A stretch of DNA of 32,000 bases from Patescibacteria group bacterium (GTDB taxonomy: Bacteria > Patescibacteriota > Patescibacteriia > 2-01-FULL-39-33), in the NCBI GenBank assembly GCA_041649575.1, contig JBAZMW010000001.1:210001-242000 (forward strand), given 5' to 3'. This document shows, piece after piece, positions 1 through 7,986 of this stretch (position 1 is the first letter of the stretch; the number at the start of each line of letters is the position of its first letter). The notes under the pieces were generated by a model. It had not been told where the DNA came from and ran no database searches. It saw only the letters and a list, made by a program, of their open reading frames with translations. Position numbers and translations under genes: made by a program.

Positions 1-939
1 CCGGATTTACGGATTGATCTGCCGGCCACTAACGGTTTTTGGGCCAATGAATGGCAGAAAAAAGAAAGCAAGCAATATTTTATGGACGGTCCAAGAGGTG
101 ATAACTGGATGACGGCCCGAAGCGTGCGGGACAGCGGTTTCAGCTTTTGTCCCAGCCCGGATATCAATGTTGATTATGATGGTTACCTGAATTTATTAAA
201 CAACCCTCGTTTCAAGAGCGCTAGCGACCCCCAGGGCTTATTAGTCAGCGGTACGATTAATAAAAATGGCACAGTTAAATTTGACCCGTTTGTCTATTTG
301 CCAGAAACCTTTCTTGATTTAGAACCAAATAGTGGGGGTGACTACCAGTTTGTTTTACTCGATGAAAACAAAAAGGAATTAAGCAAGTCGGGTTTTGATG
401 TTTATTTTTATCAGTATGATCCCGGTGGCGGGCCGCTGGAGGAGACTTCTTTTGCCTACCGGATTGAGTGGAAGGAAGGAACTAGCTTGATAGAATTACG
501 CAACAAAGCCGGTCAGGTTTTGGCTAGCCGGCAGGTATCAAAGAACAAGCCGGAAATCGAAGTGGTTTATCCCAACGGCGGTGAGGTTTTTAAGATTGGC
601 AAAAAAATAGAGCTTAATTGGCAAGCGAGCGATGCCGACGGCGACGAATTGTTTTATTCTTTGGCCGTAAGCTCGGATGGCGGCAAAAGTTGGCTACCCG
701 TGGACATGGATTTGAAAACGACAAGCTATGAACTTAATACCGCCGCTTTAAGGCCGGGCGATTATCTACTTAAAGTCAAGGCCAGTGACGGTGTAAATAC
801 ATCACAGGATGTTTCTGACAAGACTTTTGAAGTTAAGGCTGTAAAAAAAATCAAAAATTTGTATTTTTTGGCTTGGGGCGTGGCGATGCTGATTTTATTG
901 GGGATTTTATGGAAGAAAAAGTTTGTCCGAAAGAAATAG
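1..939 (+). CDS. Surface/secreted protein with Ig-like PNGGE-type domain and C-terminal transmembrane anchor; 5' end outside the window
   Basis: Frame 1 is open from base 1 (PDLRIDLPATNGFWANEWQKKESKQYF...) into the listed ORF at 82. Contains YPNGGEVFKIGKKIELNWQASDADGDELFYSLAVSSDGG and a C-terminal hydrophobic helix followed by KKKFVRKK. Confidence 0.75.
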   Translation, partial: PDLRIDLPATNGFWANEWQKKESKQYFMDGPRGDNWMTARSVRDSGFSFCPSPDINVDYDGYLNLLNNPRFKSASDPQGLLVSGTINKNGTVKFDPFVYLPETFLDLEPNSGGDYQFVLLDENKKELSKSGFDVYFYQYDPGGGPLEETSFAYRIEWKEGTSLIELRNKAGQVLASRQVSKNKPEIEVVYPNGGEVFKIGKKIELNWQASDADGDELFYSLAVSSDGGKSWLPVDMDLKTTSYELNTAALRPGDYLLKVKASDGVNTSQDVSDKTFEVKAVKKIKNLYFLAWGVAMLILLGILWKKKFVRKK

Positions 940-949
940 CTTATAATAA

Positions 950-983
950 AAACACCCCCGATAATTTTCGGGGGTGTTTTTTT
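950..983 (+). terminator. Rho-independent terminator
   Basis: AACACCCCCGATAATTTTCGGGGGTGTTTTTTT; could serve both converging genes. Confidence 0.8.
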
Positions 984-994
984 ACAAATAAGCT

Positions 995-2068
995 TTAATA
1001 CAGGGGACAAGTTTGAGATAAAATTGGTTTATTGGCGGTAGTGCCGCAATTATTAATATCTAGACAATTCCGGTATCTTTGACCGTCTAAATAGCAGACG
1101 CTCCAGGCAGTGCAGGACCAATTTTCAGTGCAGAGGCAGGCTTGGCTGGTGCTGGGTCGGTAGTAATAAGTGCCGCAGCTGTTGCTGTCGGTACAGGAGC
1201 GGTATTGCTGGCCGCCTTGGCAGACGCCCCAATTATTACAAGTCCAATTTTCAACGCAAGAAAAACAAGATTGGCTTTCCGGAGGTTTATTATCATTTAC
1301 ACCGCAGCGATTACTGTCAGTGCAGGTGCGGTATTGTCTATTGTAAACGCAAGAAGACCAGCTGTTACAGGTCCAGTTAGGATTGCAATGATAATTCAGG
1401 CTGACGCTGATTTTGGTCAGGGCATCTTCGCGGTTGTAGATTGTCGATCCATTGGGGTAGGTCATTGAAGGATCCACGTCGAGAATCACCGATTCGAAAC
1501 GAAAATTATTACTGGTAAAGCCACTGTCGGTCACCAGTCGTTTTTGGCCGTTTTGGATGTAGTAAGTATCAAAAGAATTTTTATAGCGCAGCAGCGTGCC
1601 GTCTGGCAGTTTTTGATTGGAAGTGATATCACAAACGCCGTCATTGTAGTAACTAGATTCAAAGCCGGCGGGAATAACCAAAGCGCGGTTATATTGGTAG
1701 TTGCCATAATGAGCAGGAGCGCGGCAAAGTCTTCCGTTGGGCAGTACGGCGTACATCTTTAGGCTGCTGCCAAACCGCACCAGAGCATAGCCAGGGCGAA
1801 CCGTGACGTTTTTTCCGACAAGCAGCTGGTTAAACTCTGATTCCGAAACGGTGATAACCGACTGGTTTTTCCAAGAGCCGGTATACCAACTGAAGAAAGT
1901 TGATTCGGTCGGAAAGAGATGGCGTCGATCATTGGCATCCACATAATAAACACTGGGGTTGTTGCGGATTTTAATCAGATCACCATCGCTCGGATAATAA
2001 GCCAGTGCCGGCGCGGTGACCAGAACCGACAACGCCATAATGGCTAAAACAAGCAGTTTTTTGGTCAT
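995..2068 (-). CDS. Secreted cysteine-rich protein with three thrombospondin-type-1-like repeats
   Basis: Signal peptide MTKKLLVLAIMALSVLVTAPALA; three repeats of the form NWTCNSWSSC...QYRTCTDSNRCG...QSC. Confidence 0.8.
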   Translation of the reverse strand: MTKKLLVLAIMALSVLVTAPALAYYPSDGDLIKIRNNPSVYYVDANDRRHLFPTESTFFSWYTGSWKNQSVITVSESEFNQLLVGKNVTVRPGYALVRFGSSLKMYAVLPNGRLCRAPAHYGNYQYNRALVIPAGFESSYYNDGVCDITSNQKLPDGTLLRYKNSFDTYYIQNGQKRLVTDSGFTSNNFRFESVILDVDPSMTYPNGSTIYNREDALTKISVSLNYHCNPNWTCNSWSSCVYNRQYRTCTDSNRCGVNDNKPPESQSCFSCVENWTCNNWGVCQGGQQYRSCTDSNSCGTYYYRPSTSQACLCTENWSCTAWSVCYLDGQRYRNCLDINNCGTTANKPILSQTCPLY

Positions 2069-2101
2069 AGTTTTTAATCAAGGTAGTTAAAAGTTGTTAG
2101 A

Positions 2102-2130
2102 AACTTAACAAAAAACAACCGGCTTGTCAA
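2102..2130 (-). promoter_or_regulatory. Sigma70-like promoter for the secreted Cys-rich protein
   Basis: On the minus strand: TTGACA, 17 bp, TAAGTT. Confidence 0.5.
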
Positions 2131-2226
2131 TTAGAAAAATTGGTTGTTGGCAGCGGCAGAAAGTTTGAGCCAAACGGTTGTTTTCCTTTCTAATTTTGCT
2201 ATACTTAAATTCAGTTAAGTGTTTTT

Positions 2227-3591
2227 ATGAAAATTTCTTTTTACGGCGCCTGCCGCGAGGTCACCGGCTCGTGTATTTTGGTGGTAACAACCAAAAATAA
2301 ATTTTTGGTTGACTGTGGTATTTTTCAGGGCGAAAAATTTGCTATGGCAAAAAATTTTGAACCGTTTGAATTCGACGCCAGTTCGATAGATTTTGTGCTA
2401 CTGACTCATGCGCATCTAGATCATTGCGGCCGGCTGCCCAAGCTGGTCAAGGCGGGATTTAAGGGAAAAATATATTGCAGCGAACCAACCAAGGATTTGA
2501 CCGAAATTATTTTAGAAGATTCGGCCAGAGTGATCCAGGAAGAGGCAAGACGGCACCAGCACCAGCCGCTTTATCTGGCCAAAGATGTTTTGAGAGTTAA
2601 ACCGTTTTTATCGCCCTTAGCCTATGGCCAAAAGATTAAAATTAATTCTAATACTAGTATTAGAATTTTAGATGCCGGGCACATTTTGGGTTCGGCAATT
2701 TTTGAAGTTTGGCTTAAAGAGAAAGATGGAGAAAAGAAGCTGGTTTTTTCCGGTGACTTGGGCAACCCACCGGCGCCGATAGTGAGAGACACGGAATTTG
2801 TCTCAGGCGCTGATTTGGTGGTTGTCGAGTCAACTTATGGCGGCAGGACCCACGAGTCGCCGGAACTACGACGACAACTCCTGCAACAAGCGGTTAAGGA
2901 TTCTGTCGGTCGGGGAGGGGCGCTCTTAATCCCGGCTTTCGCCCTTGAAAGAACGCAGGAAGTTTTGTACGAATTAAATTTTTTGGTGGAAAACAAAATG
3001 GTGCCGGCGGTGCCGATTTTTGTCGACAGCCCTTTGGCCATCAAGGTCACTAGTATTTATAAAAAGTACGCCTCGTTTTATGATCAGGAGTCGAGAAAGC
3101 TGATTGAGGCTGGTGATGATTTGTTTAATTTTCCAGGCTTGGTTTATACGCCGACAGTGGAAGAATCGAAAAAGATTAATATTACACCGGCGCCAAAAGT
3201 GATTTTGGCCGGCAACGGCATGGCTAACGGCGGCCGCATTCCCTACCACTTGAAACTAAATCTGGACAATCCTAACAACCAGCTGTTGATTATTGCCTAT
3301 CAGGTGGCCGGATCCTTGGGCAGGCAGCTCTTGGATGGCGCAGAAAAAGTGATTATCGACGGGGCAGAAGTAAGAGTCAGAGCTAAAGTGACGGCCATTG
3401 GTTCTTATTCTTCCCATGCCGACGGGCCCACCCTGCTGCATTGGCTGGAAAAAATAAAGCAGCCGAAACCCAGGCAGATTTTTGTAGTGCATGGCGAAAA
3501 AGAGTCAAACTTCATGTTGGCCGACAAAATCAAAGAAAAATTAGGAATTTCGGCGACGGTTCCCGAGCCCGGCCGAATTTATGAAATTTAA
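2227..3591 (+). CDS. MBL-fold/beta-CASP RNA metallo-hydrolase
   Basis: HAHLDHCGRLP metallo-beta-lactamase motif, GHILGSA, SGDLG, FALERTQEVLYEL, SSHADG and VHGE motifs. Confidence 0.9.
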   Translation: MKISFYGACREVTGSCILVVTTKNKFLVDCGIFQGEKFAMAKNFEPFEFDASSIDFVLLTHAHLDHCGRLPKLVKAGFKGKIYCSEPTKDLTEIILEDSARVIQEEARRHQHQPLYLAKDVLRVKPFLSPLAYGQKIKINSNTSIRILDAGHILGSAIFEVWLKEKDGEKKLVFSGDLGNPPAPIVRDTEFVSGADLVVVESTYGGRTHESPELRRQLLQQAVKDSVGRGGALLIPAFALERTQEVLYELNFLVENKMVPAVPIFVDSPLAIKVTSIYKKYASFYDQESRKLIEAGDDLFNFPGLVYTPTVEESKKINITPAPKVILAGNGMANGGRIPYHLKLNLDNPNNQLLIIAYQVAGSLGRQLLDGAEKVIIDGAEVRVRAKVTAIGSYSSHADGPTLLHWLEKIKQPKPRQIFVVHGEKESNFMLADKIKEKLGISATVPEPGRIYEI

Positions 3592-3655
3592 AAACCGCTT
3601 GCCTATTAATCATCAAAGTTATAAAATAAGAAAAAGATAATTAACAAACAACAAT

Positions 3656-4414
3656 ATGGAAAATTTCAAATCACCCAAGGCGATTATAGCCCTTTTGGCG
3701 TTAATCGCCATTACGGCGGTAGTTATCATTTCGATTTTAAGAGATAGAATCGTTAACCAGCAGCCTTGGCAGGTGGCGGTCGTCGGCCAAGGCAAGGTGG
3801 CTTATCAGCCGGACATTGCCGATGTCACTTTGGGGGTACAAATAGACAAGGTGGCCAAGGCGGAAAACGCCCTAAATCAGTTGAATGACAAAGTTAATAA
3901 AATTATCGCGGCCGTAAAGGCGGCCGGCATTCCGCCGGAAGATATTCAGACTCAAAATTATTCTCTTTATCCGCAATATGATTCGCCAGACAATGTCATG
4001 AGTCTATCGGGGTACAATGCCAATCAGCAGCTATTAATAAAAGTCAGGGGCATAGACAAGGAACCAGAGAGGGTCAGTAAGGTGGTGGCGGAAGCCACTA
4101 AGGCCGGAGTCAATCAAGTGGTGGGAGTAAGTTTTGATGTCTCTAATTTGGAAGAATTAAAGCAACAGGCGAGAATCAAGGCCATAGGCGATGCGCAAAT
4201 CAAGGCCAGCAGTCTGGCCGCGGCGGCCAGAGTGAGATTGGGCAAGGTTATTGGTTGGTGGGAAAATATAATTCAAGCGCCAGGAATAGGTAATGCTTAT
4301 TATGGTGATAAGGGAGGCATGGGAGGCGGACTGGGCACGGGAGCGACGTCTTCATTGCCGACCGGCAGTCAAGAAGTTATTTTAGAAATCAACCTTAATT
4401 ATCAGGTTAGATAA
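3656..4414 (+). CDS. SIMPL (DUF541) domain protein with N-terminal transmembrane helix
   Basis: VVGQGKVAYQPDIADVTLGVQ...IPPEDIQTQNYSLYPQYD is typical of the SIMPL family. Confidence 0.85.
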   Translation: MENFKSPKAIIALLALIAITAVVIISILRDRIVNQQPWQVAVVGQGKVAYQPDIADVTLGVQIDKVAKAENALNQLNDKVNKIIAAVKAAGIPPEDIQTQNYSLYPQYDSPDNVMSLSGYNANQQLLIKVRGIDKEPERVSKVVAEATKAGVNQVVGVSFDVSNLEELKQQARIKAIGDAQIKASSLAAAARVRLGKVIGWWENIIQAPGIGNAYYGDKGGMGGGLGTGATSSLPTGSQEVILEINLNYQVR

Positions 4415-4440
4415 ATTGTATAAAAAAGTTATTAAAAATG

Positions 4441-4467
4441 ACTCCGTTAAAACGGAGTTATTTTTTG
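4441..4467 (+). terminator. Rho-independent terminator
   Basis: ACTCCGTTAAAACGGAGTTATTTTTT. Confidence 0.8.
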
Positions 4468-4504
4468 ACAAAATTAATAAAAAATGTAAAAATATCAGAT
4501 AAAT

Positions 4505-4538
4505 GGGCTTATGGTCTAGTGGTATGACGCCACATTCG
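4505..4538 (+). pseudogene. tRNA-like 5' half (acceptor strand, D arm, anticodon 5' strand)
   Basis: GGGCTTA-TG-GTCT-AGTGGTA-TGAC-G-CCACA-TTCG: U8, A14, G18G19, A21 and D-stem pairing in canonical register. Confidence 0.5.
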
Positions 4539-4551
4539 TCCCGCCCCTTTT

Positions 4552-4625
4552 GGGCTCGTAGCTCAGTTGGCTAGAGCGCCGCATTCGCATTGCGGAGGTC
4601 AGGGGTCCGACTCCCCTCGAGTCCA
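4552..4625 (+). tRNA. tRNA-Ala(CGC)
   Basis: Acceptor GGGCTCG/CGAGTCC with G3:U70 identity pair; D stem GCTC/GAGC; anticodon stem CCGCA/TGCGG with loop TTCGCAT; T stem AGGGG/CCCCT; discriminator A. CCA not encoded. Confidence 0.93.
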
Positions 4626-4649
4626 AAAGGAGCGGGATGGAGGCGGCAG

Positions 4650-4669
4650 CCTGCCTGCCGGCAGGCAGG
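4650..4669. repeat. 20-bp perfect palindrome CCTGCCTGCCGGCAGGCAGG
   Basis: The sequence equals its own reverse complement. Confidence 0.9.
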
Positions 4670-4689
4670 TTTGATTCGGTCTAGATCCA
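4665..4689 (+). pseudogene. tRNA-like 3' half (T arm and acceptor 3' strand)
   Basis: G-TTTGATT-C T-loop-like sequence, then 4 nt, 7-nt TAGATCC partly complementary to GGGCTTA at 4505, then discriminator-like A. T stem is poorly paired. Confidence 0.4.
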
Positions 4690-4693
4690 ATTG

Positions 4694-4767
<74 letters not shown>

Positions 4768-4782
4768 ATGATTATTTTTTTC

Positions 4783-5730
4783 ATGTTTAAGCGACATTCA
4801 AAAATTTTTTATTTTATTTTTTTTCTGGCCGGGGTAGCGGTTTTTTTATTATTGGCCAGCCCGAGTCTGTCCTCAAAAGTCAAGCCGTTTTTTGTAAAGC
4901 CAGCCGTTGAAAAATCAGCTGATAGCTTGGAAGGCAGGGAAACGGAGAGCGCGGAAATATCAAAGATTTTTGGGGCGGCTATTAACACGGCCACTACCAC
5001 AGCCACCACTCATAGTCAAGCTCGATCGTTTAGTGAAACAAAAACAGCAAAAAAAATATCTCTGGAGTTGCCCATCCTCATCTATCATCATATCGACAAA
5101 CTACCACAGAAAACTGCTTACCCGGGTTTGTTCAATGATCCGGCTGTTTTTGAGCAACAGTTGATTGCTTTGAAAAATGATGGTTACCAAACGATTTTTT
5201 TGAAAGACCTGGCCGAAGCGTTGACAGGCAAAAAACAGCTGCCAGTCAAGTCATTAGCCTTGACTTTTGATGATGGTTATGAAGATTTTTATCAGCAGGC
5301 TTTTCCTTTGCTGAAAAAATATGACAGCAGGGCCACCGTTTTCGTAATTGTTGATTCTTTGAATACTCCCGGGTATTTGACAACAAAACAGCTAAAAGAA
5401 ATGTCGGCCAGCGGCTTGGTGAAAATCGGTTCGCACACCTTGAGCCATATTAATTTGAAAATAGCTTCTGATCAGCAGATCAGAGAAGAAATTGTAAACA
5501 GCAAAAAGAAGTTAGAAAAGATTTTGGGTCAGGCGGTCGATGATTTCGCCTATCCTTACGGTTTTTTTAACGGCCGCGATGAGCAAACCGTTAGAGAGGC
5601 TGGTTATTCCTCGGCCGTGTCCACCAGGATCGGAAAATATCAGAGCCAAAATGATATTTTTTCTCTGCGGCGTCTGCGACCGGGCAATAGGGTGGCCAGC
5701 GGATTATTAGATTTTTTAAAAGCTTTTTAA
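4783..5730 (+). CDS. Membrane-anchored polysaccharide deacetylase (NodB-like)
   Basis: LPILIYHHID, LALTFDDGYEDF, SHTLSHINL, FAYPYG motifs; N-terminal hydrophobic helix. The ORF track opens at 4768; MFKRHSK at 4783 is a plausible start. Confidence 0.88.
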   Translation: MFKRHSKIFYFIFFLAGVAVFLLLASPSLSSKVKPFFVKPAVEKSADSLEGRETESAEISKIFGAAINTATTTATTHSQARSFSETKTAKKISLELPILIYHHIDKLPQKTAYPGLFNDPAVFEQQLIALKNDGYQTIFLKDLAEALTGKKQLPVKSLALTFDDGYEDFYQQAFPLLKKYDSRATVFVIVDSLNTPGYLTTKQLKEMSASGLVKIGSHTLSHINLKIASDQQIREEIVNSKKKLEKILGQAVDDFAYPYGFFNGRDEQTVREAGYSSAVSTRIGKYQSQNDIFSLRRLRPGNRVASGLLDFLKAF

Positions 5731-5735
5731 TTCTT

Positions 5736-5858
5736 ATGAAAAATCATGCTAAAGTCGGCGGGCGCAAAGGTCTGCCGGGATACCGGACACCTTCGAGCTT
5801 TAGGTTTCGTAAAGACTTAGCAGTAAAAAGCTTGAAAGCTTTTAAAAGGGTTAAATAG
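5736..5858 (+). CDS. Possible 40-aa highly basic small protein
   Basis: ATG 5 nt after the deacetylase stop: MKNHAKVGGRKGLPGYRTPSSFRFRKDLAVKSLKAFKRVK. Not in the ORF track because it is short. Confidence 0.3.
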   Translation: MKNHAKVGGRKGLPGYRTPSSFRFRKDLAVKSLKAFKRVK

Positions 5859-5939
5859 TTGTCAGGAGGCACAGAGTTTGTTATACTAGTCCCTAGCCGA
5901 CCAAAGCACGGTGATTTTTGCGTATATTTGCGTATATAA

Positions 5940-6130
5940 GTTATTTTTTCTTTTCTAGGAAAAGAAAAAGCTAACAAAAAGAAAAGTCGCGAGCTAGATG
6001 AAAATTTGGCGCTTCAAGTCAAAATCCTAACAAAATTTTATAACTCCTCGCTTCGCTCGTCAAACAGATGAAACTTAGTAACGAATTTTGACTTACGCTT
6101 ATCCCAAATTTTCATAGGCTCGCAAAATAA
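5940..6130. repeat. Large imperfect hairpin element, copy A
   Basis: GCGAGCTAGATGAAAATTTGG.GCTTCAAGTCAAAAT ... ATTTTGACTTACGCTTATCCCAAATTTTCATAGGCTCGC arms, preceded by ttttcttttctaggaaaagaaaaagct...aaaagtcgcgagc. Confidence 0.7.
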
Positions 6131-6147
6131 GAAAACAATTTTTAATA

Positions 6148-7986
6148 ATGTCAGGAAAATTATTTAAATTAAAATCTAAATTTGCCCCAGCGGGCGATCA
6201 GCCTCAAGCGATTGAGAAGCTTTGGCATGGCCTTGAGAAAGGGGATGCTTTTCAAACGCTGCTGGGCGTTACGGGGTCAGGCAAAACTTTTACCATGGCC
6301 AATTTGATAGCCCGACTAGATCGTCCAGTACTAGTGATGGCGCCGAACAAGGCTTTGGCGGCCCAGCTTTATCGCGAGTATAAAAATTTTTTTCCGGAAA
6401 ACAGTGTTAATTATTTTGTGTCTTACTATGATTATTATCAGCCGGAAGCGTACCTGCCGACGACTGATACTTATATCGACAAAGAAGCGATGATTAATGA
6501 AGAGATAGATCGTTTGCGGCACCAGGCCACTTCGGCTTTGTTGTCGCGACGGGATGTGATCGTGGTGGCCTCGGTTTCCTGTATTTACAACCTGGGTCTG
6601 CCGGAAAGCTATTTGGAGTCGCGTCTGCATTTGACGGTCGGCCAGCCGATTGTTCGCGCCGATCTGATTCGCCAACTGGTCAAAATCCAGTTTACCCGGA
6701 CTCCTGGTGAGCTGAAACGCGGGACTTTTAGGGTGCGCGGTGATGTTTTTGAGATTATGCCGGCAGCGGCGCAGGTGGTTTACAGAGTAGAATTAGCGGA
6801 GCAAAAAATAAAAGAAATTCACATTATCAATCAATTGACAAGAAAAAGATTGGCAAGTTTGTTCGAGCTTGTTGTTTTTCCGCCCAAACACTTTGTTTCT
6901 TCCAAGCCGGAAATCGAAAGAGCCATTAAAGATATTAAATTAGAATTGAAAGACAGATTGAAATACTTTAATAAAAAAAATTTATATTTGGAGACGGAGC
7001 GACTAGAGCGGCGCACTCGTTATGATATGGAAATGTTGAAAAGTATCGGTTATTGCCATGGCATCGAGAATTATTCGCGTCATTTGACTGGCAAACTGTC
7101 GGGTGAAGCGCCGGAGACATTACTAGCCTATTTTCCTAAAGATAAGAAAGGCCAGCCAGACTTTTTGACTATTATGGATGAATCACATATCGGCTTACCG
7201 CAAGTGCGAGGCATGTACGCTGGCGATCGAAGTAGAAAAGAAGTTTTAGCGCAGTATGGTTGGCGATTGCCCTCCGCTTTGGATAATCGGCCACTGACTT
7301 TTGACGAGTTTTTGCGGCGTATTGGCCAAACTATTTTTACTTCAGCGACTCCGGGTGATTGGGAAATTAAGCATTCGACTCAAGTGGCGGAGCAGGTGAT
7401 TCGGCCGACCGGACTAATTGATCCGCCAGTAGAGGTAAGGCCGGTTTTTGACAAAAAGAATAATTACAGTCAGGTTGATGATGTGATTAAAGAAGCTAGA
7501 AAAATAGTAAAGCAGGGTGAGCGGGCGATTATTAATACTTTAACTAAGAAGCAAGCTGAGGATTTGGATAATTATTTGCGCGGCAAGGGAATCAAATCCG
7601 ATTACTTGCACAGCGACATTAATACGATCCAGCGCACCGAAATTCTAATGAATTTCCGCAAAGGCAGGTTCGATGTTTTAATCGGCGTCAATTTGCTCCG
7701 GGAAGGCCTGGATTTGCCGGAAGTGACTTTAGTGGCTATTTTGGATGCGGATAGGGAAGGATTTTTGCGCAGCGAGGTATCGCTAATGCAAACCATGGGT
7801 CGGGCGGCCAGAAATGTCACCGGCAAGGTAATTTTGTATGCTGATAATCTGACCGGTTCGATTAGAAGGGCGATAAAAGAGGTAGCCAGAAGGCGTAAAT
7901 TACAAATGGAATACAACAAGCAACACGGCATTCGGCCGGAGACAATTATCAAAGAGATTGAAAATTTTTTGGATATTGAAAATTAA
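6148..7986 (+). CDS. uvrB: Excinuclease ABC subunit B, C-terminally short (612 aa)
   Basis: [84 protein letters not shown]; ends [20 protein letters not shown]. Confidence 0.96.
   Translation: [612 protein letters not shown]

Noticed and set aside
1087-1762. Ala/Val-rich ORFs overlapping the secreted Cys-rich gene
   Set aside because: These are shadow translations; only the minus-strand frame has a signal peptide and ordered Cys repeats.
2835-3492. Minus-strand ORFs antisense to the MBL hydrolase
   Set aside because: Low-complexity shadow ORFs of a strong coding gene, with no promoter, SD or family motif.
4504-4690. Functional split or trans-spliced tRNA as the primary explanation
   Set aside because: The outer anticodon and T stems have several mismatches, so I treat it as a probable relic and record the functional version only as something to test.
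6331-7952. Minus-strand ORFs within uvrB
   Set aside because: Antisense to a confidently identified gene and composition-driven.
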